Source: Spirochaetia bacterium
GTDB taxonomy: Bacteria; Spirochaetota; Spirochaetia; DSM-27196; Salinispiraceae
DNA length: 64,000 nt
NCBI GenBank assembly: GCA_038204425.1
Contig: JBBRCZ010000008.1
Location: 74,270 to 138,269, forward strand
Reading direction: 5' to 3'
In this document: positions 48,925-57,542 of the stretch, piece by piece
Numbering within the stretch: the first letter of the stretch is position 1
Layout: each line of letters starts with the position of its first letter
Program-made: the position numbers and the translations under genes
The notes under the pieces: generated by a model
What the model was told of the DNA's origin: nothing
The model's input: the letters and a program-made list of their open reading frames with translations, nothing else
Databases searched by the model: none

Positions 48925-50166
48925 ATGATCGACGCGCACCGTTCTCTGATTCAATCCATAAAACAACAGGCTGAGCTAGCTCAAGATTTTGTACAGCAGG
49001 TACGACGTCATTTGCACACCAATCCAGAACTCTCTTTTGAAGAAAAAGAAACCTCTGCATTTATTGCCTCCAAACTCGATTTGCTTGGTATTGACTATAC
49101 TGATCATATCGGTGGTTACGGTATACGAGCCTTGGTCAAAGGAACCGGCAGCGGTTTTAGAACAACAAGCGCCAGCAGTTTTGAGGCAGCAAGTGCCTGC
49201 GCTGCATTGCGCGCCGATATGGATGCTCTACCCATCAATGAAAAGACTGGCCTAGACTTTGCATCCCAAAAGCCAGGCATTATGCATGCCTGCGGTCACG
49301 ACATGCATAGTTCTATGTTATTGGGAGCAGCTAAGATCTTGCAAGAGCTGCGCCACTTATTTGCTGGTACCATTATGTTAGTTTTCCAACCTGCCGAGGA
49401 AAAAGTTCCTGGTGGTGCTAAGACCATGCTCGACGATGGGCTTTTTGATACTAGGGTACCCGACAGTATCGTTGGGCAGCACATCAACCCTCAGCTGGAG
49501 GCTGGCCTAGTAGGATTTTGCAGCGGCCTTTTTATGGCAAGTGTAGACGACTACAAAATCACTATTAAGGGCAAAGGCGGACACGGAGCCAGTCCCCACC
49601 TTTGTGTTGATCCAGTTTTTGTGGCCGCCCAAGTGATTACGGCTTGTCAGAGCTTTGTTAGTCGCCGCTCTAACCCACTACAGCCCAATGTCTTAACCTT
49701 TGGCAAAGTGCTCGCTGACGGTGCCTTTAACATCATTCCCGACGAGGTGTATCTCGAATGCACGTTTCGCACCTTTAACGAAGCCTGGCGTCAAGAGATC
49801 GCGCATGAGCTACCACGTTGTATCAAGCAACTGTGCCAAGCCTTGGGCGCCAACGCCGAAGTTGAGCTGCTCAACGGCTATCCGGCAGTGTTTAATCATC
49901 TCGAGCTGACTGAAAAAATGCGTGCCAAAGCGGTGGATTTTTTGGGTGCCCAACGAGTCGTAGATCTTCCAGCAGTTATGTGGGCCGAAGACTTTGCCTA
50001 CTATGGCACGCAAACCAAGGCCTGCTTTTACAACATTGGCACCGCAAATCAGGCTAAGGGCTGGACCAGCCCACTGCATAGCCCCACCATGATACCCGAC
50101 GAGTCAGTCCTGACGGATGGCGTGGGACTCTTGGCCTGGCTTGGCTTAAGCCAGTTGGAGCTCTAA
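48925..50166 (+). CDS. M20D-family amidohydrolase
   Basis: RRHLHTNPELSFEE, LRADMDALP, MHACGHD, FQPAEE, GKGGHG, AEDF, LHSP. Start moved to ATG 48925. Confidence 0.92.
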   Translation: MIDAHRSLIQSIKQQAELAQDFVQQVRRHLHTNPELSFEEKETSAFIASKLDLLGIDYTDHIGGYGIRALVKGTGSGFRTTSASSFEAASACAALRADMDALPINEKTGLDFASQKPGIMHACGHDMHSSMLLGAAKILQELRHLFAGTIMLVFQPAEEKVPGGAKTMLDDGLFDTRVPDSIVGQHINPQLEAGLVGFCSGLFMASVDDYKITIKGKGGHGASPHLCVDPVFVAAQVITACQSFVSRRSNPLQPNVLTFGKVLADGAFNIIPDEVYLECTFRTFNEAWRQEIAHELPRCIKQLCQALGANAEVELLNGYPAVFNHLELTEKMRAKAVDFLGAQRVVDLPAVMWAEDFAYYGTQTKACFYNIGTANQAKGWTSPLHSPTMIPDESVLTDGVGLLAWLGLSQLEL

Positions 50167-50170
50167 GCGC

Positions 50171-51883
50171 ATGAATACCAGTCAAGACAAAGCACTTATA
50201 ATTCAGAGCGACAGAACCTTGCTCTTGGATGTCCACGCAAATGATGCAGAAGAAGCCCGCCGCGCAATTGGCCCGTTTACCGAACTAGAAAAATCGCCCG
50301 AACATCTGCACACCTACCGCATCAGTCCTTTGTCGCTGTGGAACGCAGCAGCGGCTGGGCTCAAGCCAGAAGCAGTTTGCGTGGCACTTAGGGCCCACAG
50401 CCGCTACGAAGTCCCCAGTCACCTGGAACATGGCATAGCCGACACCATGGGACGCTTTGGACTCTTAGCGCTTAAAGCCTCTCCGATCGAAGGCATTTTG
50501 CTTTTGGTAGTCTATAAACTTGCTATTTATGCCCAGCTCAAAGCACAAAAAAAACTCGCCAACTGGCTGGACGTATCATTGGAAGATGACCTGCGCTTTT
50601 TGGCCCAACAAGAGCCAAACGATAAGCTCAAGCCAGAAGGCGTTTTTCGCGTCAAGATGCTCGACCGCGGCACACTCAAACAAGAGCTTATTAAACTTGG
50701 TTGGCCGGTCAAAGACGATGTGCCACTGATTGATGGCGACCCGTATGAGTTTACGCTAAATGACAACACGGTTTTGCGCCCTTATCAAAACGAATCTATA
50801 GAGTGCTTCTTGGGCGATGGTCGGCCCGGGCTAGGTTATGGCGCCATCGTTTTGCCATGCGGCTCGGGTAAAACCATAGTGGGCTTGGGTTTGATGGCCA
50901 AACTTCAAACCAATACTTTAATCCTGACGGTCAATATCGCTGCCGTCCACCAATGGATTAGAGAAATCCGATCTAGAACCGACATAAACCCCGATGACGT
51001 TGGCGAGTACTCTGGTGGCAACAAGCAAATCCGACCAATTACGGTAGCAACTTACCAAATTTTGACCTGGCGAGCCGACAAGGTATCTGATTTTCCGCAC
51101 TTTGCTTTGCTAAGGTCGCGCAAATGGGGGCTTTTGATCTATGACGAAGTGCATCTCTTGCCGGCGCCTGTCTTTAGAATTACTGCCGAGCTGCAAGCTC
51201 TTAGGCGCTTGGGATTAACTGCTACGCTTGTCCGCGAAGACGGCCTTGAGAGCGACGTTTTTTCTTTAGTTGGTCCCAAACGCTACGACACACCTTGGAA
51301 GGACATGGAAGCAGCCGGTTGGATTGCCTCGGTGCTATGTAAAGAAATCCGCTGCGACTTGCCCGACCACCTGGCCGTGCCCTATGCAGTAGCAGGCAAA
51401 CGAGAAAAATTCCGCATCGCCAGTGAAAATCCTGTCAAATACGAAGTGGTGAGTTTTTTGGTCCATAAACATGCACCTGAGCCTACTTTAGTGATTGGTC
51501 AATACCTTGATCAACTCGATGAGCTGGCCGAGACCCTCAACGCACCATTAATAACTGGCCGCACACCCAACTTAGAACGAGATAGACTCTACGAGGCATT
51601 TCGCAATGGCGAAATTCATCTACTTATAGTCTCAAAGGTTGCCAACTTTGCAATTGACTTGCCGGATGCATCAATAGCAATCCAGGTGTCGGGTAGCTTT
51701 GGCTCCCGACAGGAAGAAGCCCAAAGATTGGGAAGAATTTTGCGTCCCAAGGCCCGGCAGTCACATTTTTACACTGTGGTCAGTCGCTACACGGTTGAGG
51801 AAGAATTTAGCGCCAATCGGCAGCAGTTTTTGACTGAGCAGGGCTATCGATACGAGATGGAATTATGGGAAGGAAAGCAATGA
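50171..51883 (+). CDS. xpb: Bacterial XPB/Ssl2/Rad25-family DNA helicase
   Basis: N-terminal LIIQSDRTLLLDV...SPEHLHTYRISPLSLWNA domain. LRPYQ, VLPCGSGKT, DEVH, GLTATLVREDG, SRQEEAQRLGRILRPK. Confidence 0.93.
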   Translation: MNTSQDKALIIQSDRTLLLDVHANDAEEARRAIGPFTELEKSPEHLHTYRISPLSLWNAAAAGLKPEAVCVALRAHSRYEVPSHLEHGIADTMGRFGLLALKASPIEGILLLVVYKLAIYAQLKAQKKLANWLDVSLEDDLRFLAQQEPNDKLKPEGVFRVKMLDRGTLKQELIKLGWPVKDDVPLIDGDPYEFTLNDNTVLRPYQNESIECFLGDGRPGLGYGAIVLPCGSGKTIVGLGLMAKLQTNTLILTVNIAAVHQWIREIRSRTDINPDDVGEYSGGNKQIRPITVATYQILTWRADKVSDFPHFALLRSRKWGLLIYDEVHLLPAPVFRITAELQALRRLGLTATLVREDGLESDVFSLVGPKRYDTPWKDMEAAGWIASVLCKEIRCDLPDHLAVPYAVAGKREKFRIASENPVKYEVVSFLVHKHAPEPTLVIGQYLDQLDELAETLNAPLITGRTPNLERDRLYEAFRNGEIHLLIVSKVANFAIDLPDASIAIQVSGSFGSRQEEAQRLGRILRPKARQSHFYTVVSRYTVEEEFSANRQQFLTEQGYRYEMELWEGKQ

Positions 51884-54006
51884 AAGCCCGCAGCACCCTA
51901 TTTATGGATCCAATTGAACGACAAGCTTTGCGCGTAAAGGCTTTTCGCGAACGAATGTTAACCCTACCCGAAATGATTTTTTTGGATTTGGTTCGCAACT
52001 ACACAGGAGAGATAAAAACTCCTTATCACAAGCACGACCTTTGGTCTCGCCTAGAACAATTCTTGCGTGATCCACACAATCAAGCTCTGATACGTGAGTT
52101 TCTGACCAAGAAGGATCGCCAGATTCTCAGCGCCATTCTAATGCTGGATGGTGCAGACGAAAAGACACTACAGTTTTTTTTGACCGAAAGCTTTAGCCCG
52201 TTTGAGCTCCACCTTCACCTCTTAAACCTGCAAGATCGCCTTTTGATCTATCAAGAGAACGACAGTCAAAAGCTCGGCAGTTTGGCTATCAACCCATTGC
52301 TCGAGGACTTACTCTTGCCAGCCCTTGATTCTGGCCAAGTAATAGTGAGCGCTCCACAAGAAAAAAATCTTGAGCACCAAAATAGAGCGAGTTTTTTTAC
52401 CGACAATGCGGTCGTGGCCTTGGCTAACCTCTTCTTGCGCAACGGCCCTGTGGGCACGCAGGCTGGCAAGGTGCGAAAAAAAGTTGTTAATGACTTTTTG
52501 AGAGTGTTTTCTCAACTTGTCGCGCCCGAAACCAGTGAAGAAGACCAAACTCAGATCTTAGTCAGGCTCTACCATGGCCTGAGAGCACTTGGCTTAATCT
52601 ACGAAAACGCCAATGTCAGCAAGGCCAATTTGGAACGATGGCAAGACTTTGGCGCGCTCAGCCAAGCAGCGCGGTTTTGGCTCTGGTGTGGCGCACTTTG
52701 TTTTCCACAAAGCGAAGAACTTTTTAACCCAGAAGGATTTCCTGACTACTTTAGCCAAGCCCGAATTTTTGCCTTTGCTGTCCAAGTGCAGACTTTTTTG
52801 CGACAATTTTTACCCGATCGCTCCTATCCTGCGGCCAGCGTTAGACTGCTTTGGTCTTTATCAGGCAACAAAAGCGACCTAGGCGGCGAGCAAATTGTGC
52901 AAATTTTGACGCTCTTTGGACTTTTGAAAAAGCAGGGCAACAATTGGTACCGCAACCAAGACCTGCCGCCCCACAATTTGGAAGAACCCAGTTTGCGTAT
53001 AGACGGCAACTTTGAGCTGGTTCTTACTGGCCAAGCCAAGCTTCATTCACAGTTGGCACTCTTGTTTTTTGCAGATCTGTTAGAGTTTAACCGGGTAAGT
53101 CGCTGGATACTAAACCGAGAAAGCCTCCATGCCGGTTTGGCAGCTGGCCTGAGCCGCGCCCACCTCGACGAAGGACTCAAGGCTTTCAATAGTCCGCAAC
53201 TACCCCCCAACGTGGCATGGATGCTCAATGAGTGGGGTCTCGACCACGACAACCTGCGCTACCTCGATGGCATTTTGTTAATTGCTAAGGGTCCGCGCGC
53301 CTTAATCTTGGACAAACTTCCCGAGCTTGACCCCTATATCCTAGAACGTCCAGCCGAAGGTATGGTTTTGCTCGATAGATTTGCACGCAGTACCTGGCTA
53401 CCAATCCTTAAGTCGGCAGGACTTCCGGTGAGTCAGTTGGAGCAGATAGAAAGCCCACGCTTTCCGGTGCTACCGCAGTTTGAGAGCCTCGATCTTGAGG
53501 ACTTAACAAAACCAATGGCAGCAGCTAAGCCAAGCGTACAAGCCGATGAGACGGCCGCAAGCTATGATCCCAAACAGCGTGAAGCCTTGGTTAATGATCT
53601 CTTACAAAAGCTCGCAGACGGTTCTTACCCGCCAGATTTAAAGGAAGAACTCAGCACCAGAATAAAAAATGGCATTGTGTTTGATGCACAGCAACTAAAA
53701 CCCGAAACTACCAAGCTAGAAAGTCACGAAGCAGGTGGGCTCGATTTTCAGGCCAAGTTGCGCGTGATAGATCTTGTGATCAAGAGTAAGCGTGACTTTA
53801 TTGAGATAGAGCAAAGCAGTGAAGGTTTTGGCAATACACGTTTGGTATTGTTACCCACTCAAGTTAAGGCAAGTGGCAACGATCAGATCATCTATGGCAA
53901 AAGTGTACCCGAGGGTCGCAGCATAATGATCTTCAGTCGCAAAATTTTGCGTGTACGGCGTATACGGTCAGGCATCTTCAGTCGCTGGGGACCACTGCCA
54001 GAATAG
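51880..54006 (+). CDS. XPB-associated protein (Helicase_C_3/p52-like middle domain, possible C-terminal WYL-like domain)
   Basis: ATGA overlap with xpb. The segment LRIDGNFEL...WILNRESLHAGLAAGLS...LPPNVAWMLNEW mirrors the XPB N-terminal domain. No Walker motifs. Confidence 0.65.
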   Translation: MKARSTLFMDPIERQALRVKAFRERMLTLPEMIFLDLVRNYTGEIKTPYHKHDLWSRLEQFLRDPHNQALIREFLTKKDRQILSAILMLDGADEKTLQFFLTESFSPFELHLHLLNLQDRLLIYQENDSQKLGSLAINPLLEDLLLPALDSGQVIVSAPQEKNLEHQNRASFFTDNAVVALANLFLRNGPVGTQAGKVRKKVVNDFLRVFSQLVAPETSEEDQTQILVRLYHGLRALGLIYENANVSKANLERWQDFGALSQAARFWLWCGALCFPQSEELFNPEGFPDYFSQARIFAFAVQVQTFLRQFLPDRSYPAASVRLLWSLSGNKSDLGGEQIVQILTLFGLLKKQGNNWYRNQDLPPHNLEEPSLRIDGNFELVLTGQAKLHSQLALLFFADLLEFNRVSRWILNRESLHAGLAAGLSRAHLDEGLKAFNSPQLPPNVAWMLNEWGLDHDNLRYLDGILLIAKGPRALILDKLPELDPYILERPAEGMVLLDRFARSTWLPILKSAGLPVSQLEQIESPRFPVLPQFESLDLEDLTKPMAAAKPSVQADETAASYDPKQREALVNDLLQKLADGSYPPDLKEELSTRIKNGIVFDAQQLKPETTKLESHEAGGLDFQAKLRVIDLVIKSKRDFIEIEQSSEGFGNTRLVLLPTQVKASGNDQIIYGKSVPEGRSIMIFSRKILRVRRIRSGIFSRWGPLPE

Positions 54007-54016
54007 CACTGGCAGC

Positions 54017-55564
54017 CTATGTTTTTAGAGCTTCAAAAAATAATTGTGACTGCAGACGTGCTTGCTCGTCAAACATAGGTCGACCGTTGATTACGGTACA
54101 AGCTGCTTGGCGGGCGCGTCGTAAGAAAACTGTCTGCTCCGGCACATAAACTATGTCATAGACAATTTCGTGGCCGCGATACTGATAGTGCTCAAGCGCA
54201 TCTTTGTTACTGTCCGGGCCCTGCATACCAAGGCTGGTAGTTTGTACAATTACGTGGCAGTAGTCCAAAAAGTCAGCATCATGGTAGTCGAGGTCATCCA
54301 GGCCTCTAGCCTCTATCATCTGAGGATACCACTTTAAAAAATCGTTGACCAAAACTTGAGCTCGCTCCAGACCTCGGTTGACAAGCAAGACTGAGAATCC
54401 ATGGCTCAAGAGAGACTGCACTATGGCCCTAGCCGCACCACCGGCTCCGAGCACCAGTGCCTTACGTTTTATACCCGGTCTCGACTCCAAAAGTAGCGCC
54501 AGTGGTGCAAAAAAGCCAGGCGCGTCAGTGTTGGTGCCATACCAAGACTTGCTGCGTGAAACCAAGGTATTGCAGGCCCCAATCTCCCTAACTAGTTCGT
54601 CTTCAACAGTGAGATAGGCTCTGACCGCTTCTTTGTGAGGAATGGTTACACTAAGCCCGGCAATAGCCAGCTCGCTGGCCAGTTGAAAAAAAGACGCCAG
54701 ATCGTCAACCATAAACGGCACATAAACCGCATCAACTTGCTCTGCATCAAAGCGGCTGTTGTGGAAGGCTGGCGAACGGCTATGCATAACAGGGTTTCCG
54801 ATAATGCCAAAAACTTTGGTTGCGGCGCCTATCTGCGCAAATCTAAAGCCTTGTGCCAAAAGCGCCGGATCCATATGCCCTGGGGCTGCAGCCTGCCCCG
54901 GCACTTGCTGCGACGACGTGTAGGTCCACAATGACCCAAGTTTGCTTGACAGTATACGACTGGGCACACCAAAGGCCCCCATGCCAAGTACCACAAAACG
55001 ACGTCCATGTTTTCGTAATTGGGCTGTTGTTTTGACCAAAAGCAAGAGATCTGCCACACCTCGGCAGGTACAAGCAAACTTGGCAATCACAGGATCTTGA
55101 GATGAAGCATCACTAATGGTAGTGCTATAAAGAGCCTCAACTTGTTCCAAAAGATCTGCCGGGGTGCCAGCAAAGTTGTGCCGCGATCTAATGATGGTAC
55201 AAGCACACGATCTGACAAACGTTTCTAGCTCGCCAAAGTCCTTACCAGCCTCAAGATCCACGTAGGCCAATCCAGCTGCTTTGGCACCGCCGGCACAAAG
55301 CTGATCAACCGTACGGTGGATTAACTGTCGGCGTTCGTCCTCGCCATAGGCCCAAGAACCACCATCTTCGGCAAGACGCAGAGTCAAGATGGCTTTCATC
55401 TGATAGTCGTCACGCAGACTGGCCAAAAAAGGCACGATTAAGCCAAACTGATCTTGTTTGAGCCGATCAACGCGCAGCTCAACCAGCTGAACAAACTCTT
55501 TGTTGGCAAGAAATGCGGCACGGTCTTCTTCAATTGTAGAAGCGGTCAAGCACAGACAAATCAC
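54017..55564 (-). CDS. aroDE: Bifunctional type I 3-dehydroquinate dehydratase / shikimate dehydrogenase (AroD-AroE fusion)
   Basis: N-half: VELRVD, YVDLE, SRHNF, AKFAC, GMG..G..SR, APG. C-half: GNPVMHSRSP, SVTIPHK, ACNT, NTD, GAGGAA, YDIVY.P. Confidence 0.9.
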   Translation of the reverse strand: MICLCLTASTIEEDRAAFLANKEFVQLVELRVDRLKQDQFGLIVPFLASLRDDYQMKAILTLRLAEDGGSWAYGEDERRQLIHRTVDQLCAGGAKAAGLAYVDLEAGKDFGELETFVRSCACTIIRSRHNFAGTPADLLEQVEALYSTTISDASSQDPVIAKFACTCRGVADLLLLVKTTAQLRKHGRRFVVLGMGAFGVPSRILSSKLGSLWTYTSSQQVPGQAAAPGHMDPALLAQGFRFAQIGAATKVFGIIGNPVMHSRSPAFHNSRFDAEQVDAVYVPFMVDDLASFFQLASELAIAGLSVTIPHKEAVRAYLTVEDELVREIGACNTLVSRSKSWYGTNTDAPGFFAPLALLLESRPGIKRKALVLGAGGAARAIVQSLLSHGFSVLLVNRGLERAQVLVNDFLKWYPQMIEARGLDDLDYHDADFLDYCHVIVQTTSLGMQGPDSNKDALEHYQYRGHEIVYDIVYVPEQTVFLRRARQAACTVINGRPMFDEQARLQSQLFFEALKT

Positions 55565-55575
55565 TCCACTACCCC

Positions 55576-56112
55576 CTAAAAATCCGCTCGTCTCAAATAC
55601 AAGTCATCAAGTTTGCCAGCTGTAAAATACAGAAGCAATTCTATCGGCCAGCCACGTTCTGGCAGACGGTAGCGGACTAAGGTGTCGTTGGCGGCATACG
55701 GTGTTCCCAAGCGTCGCAGGGCTTCTTCGCGGGATATGTTCATCTCAAGACCAAGGATTGGCCCGCGATGCCGTTTATCAATCCTAATCTGCCAAATTCT
55801 ATCTTGCCACAGATAGAGATAGCTGTGATCCGGATAGTAGAAAACCACCGTGTCCTGAAAAGCTTCAGTCCCGCGTTGGACAGATATTTCTTTGGGTGCC
55901 CCAAGTTCCTCAATGACCTGTTGTATACGATAGCCGATTTTGTCCACCAAACTATCCTGCCAAGGTCCAAAATCCGACCCTGGAAACTCGGCTTGGCGTT
56001 GCACTTCCAAAACGGTTTGCGCCCTAAGGACAGGCAAACCAAGACATAAGAACAGCACAGAGCAACAAGAGATTGAGACTCTTAACCATCGGTTATGAAC
56101 GACTTGGATCAT
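55576..56112 (-). CDS. Exported hypothetical protein with two short repeated domains
   Basis: Signal-like hydrophobic stretch after ATG 56112. Two similar IG....QVIEELGAP / LEM...EEALRRLGTP segments (BamE/SmpA-like pattern). Confidence 0.6.
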   Translation of the reverse strand: MIQVVHNRWLRVSISCCSVLFLCLGLPVLRAQTVLEVQRQAEFPGSDFGPWQDSLVDKIGYRIQQVIEELGAPKEISVQRGTEAFQDTVVFYYPDHSYLYLWQDRIWQIRIDKRHRGPILGLEMNISREEALRRLGTPYAANDTLVRYRLPERGWPIELLLYFTAGKLDDLYLRRADF

Positions 56113-57517
56113 AGGGTAGGACGGCACCGTGTCTAAGATAGTCGCTAAATAAGTCAGGATCAACTGGCTTGGAGTAAAAATACCCTTGAATGTACTGACA
56201 GCCTTCGCTGTTAAGAATGTCGCGTTGTTGAGCGGTTTCCACACCCTCTGCCAAAGTCTCGATATGCAAGCTGCGTGCCATTGAAATTATAGCCCGTACG
56301 ATTTCTTGGTTTTGTACGTTGTCGGCCAGGTCATCAATAAAGGACTTGTCAATCTTGAGCGTGTCGATTGGCAACTTGCGCAAATAGTTGAGTGACGAAT
56401 AGCCAGTGCCAAAGTCATCGATCGAAAGCCGAATGCCCAAGTCTTTGAGCTGAAGCAACTTAACTACCGCTAGGTTGGGGTCACTCATGATGGCGCCTTC
56501 GGTAATCTCAAGTTTGACAAAGCGCCCTTCAATCTTGAGCGCGGCTAACATTTCAGCAATGTTTTGCACCAGTTCTTTTTCGTTAAATTGAATAGGAGAC
56601 AAGTTGACCGAAACAAAGAGGTCAAGAAAACCTTGTTTGTGCCATTCTTTTAGCTGCACCACCGACCTATACATAATCCAGCGCCCCAGGATGCGAATGT
56701 CTCCTGTTCGTTCTGCTATCGGGATAAATTGAGGCGGCGCTATCATACCCAGCTCCGGGTGTTTCCAACGGATGAGCGACTCGCAACCTTTGATGACGCC
56801 TTGTTGGTCTACAAAGGGTTGATAGACCATAAAGAAGTCCTTAAAACCATTTTGCGTTGCCATGCGCAACTCTTGTTCCAAGATAGTGATGCGATGGTAG
56901 GCCAAGCCCAAGGACTTGGCAAAACGCACCACCCGCTTGTTTTTTTGGGTGGCATAACGCAGGGCTATCTCTGCGTTGTTCATTAGCTCAGAAGAGCGCG
57001 TGCCATGGAGCGGTGACTCGGCAAAACCAATGTGGCAGCTAAACGACAGGCCCTCGGCGGGTGCATCTTGGGGCTTAGCGACTTCTCTGATAATGGCCAA
57101 AAAAAGCCTTGCCAAAAAATCCAAGCTCGCAGGTGAGCGCACTATTACGTAAAACTCGTCAAGCCGGTCAGACTGGTAGAGGGTGTCGCCAATCACTTCT
57201 CTAATGCGAATGGTAGTTCGCAAAAGCAGTGCTTTGGATCGGTCTTTGCTGTTTTTAATTCGTTGATAGTCGTTGTCCAGTCTCAACATGGCCACGCAAA
57301 AGTTACGCGGCTCGCCGTTGCTACCAGGTTCGGTAAGTCGTTCTAGCTCTTTGTAAAACTCGCCATAGTTAGGAAGTCCAGTTTCAGGGTGGATTTTGGT
57401 ATAGCCTTCAAACAGTTCACGTTTTTCACGCTCTTGGTCGAGAGAACGTTTAAGTGTGCGATTTTCTTCGCGCAAACGCGCCAGTTCGTCGCTATCGGCA
57501 TCCGTGGTGCTGGACAA
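56093..57517 (-). CDS. EAL-domain c-di-GMP phosphodiesterase with a degenerate GGDEF domain
   Basis: HPETGLPN, RLDEF in place of GGDEF, YQP, ESL, SVNLS, EITE, DDFGTGYSSL, KIDKSF, AEGVET, QGY. Confidence 0.9.
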   Translation of the reverse strand: MSSTTDADSDELARLREENRTLKRSLDQEREKRELFEGYTKIHPETGLPNYGEFYKELERLTEPGSNGEPRNFCVAMLRLDNDYQRIKNSKDRSKALLLRTTIRIREVIGDTLYQSDRLDEFYVIVRSPASLDFLARLFLAIIREVAKPQDAPAEGLSFSCHIGFAESPLHGTRSSELMNNAEIALRYATQKNKRVVRFAKSLGLAYHRITILEQELRMATQNGFKDFFMVYQPFVDQQGVIKGCESLIRWKHPELGMIAPPQFIPIAERTGDIRILGRWIMYRSVVQLKEWHKQGFLDLFVSVNLSPIQFNEKELVQNIAEMLAALKIEGRFVKLEITEGAIMSDPNLAVVKLLQLKDLGIRLSIDDFGTGYSSLNYLRKLPIDTLKIDKSFIDDLADNVQNQEIVRAIISMARSLHIETLAEGVETAQQRDILNSEGCQYIQGYFYSKPVDPDLFSDYLRHGAVLPYDPSRS

Positions 57518-57542
57518 ATGATGACCCCTTACCTAAATAATG

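Noticed and set aside
50171..54006. XPB-like helicase pair as an anti-phage or restriction system
   Set aside because: No nuclease or methylase motifs were seen, and the pair sits among housekeeping genes with ordinary composition.
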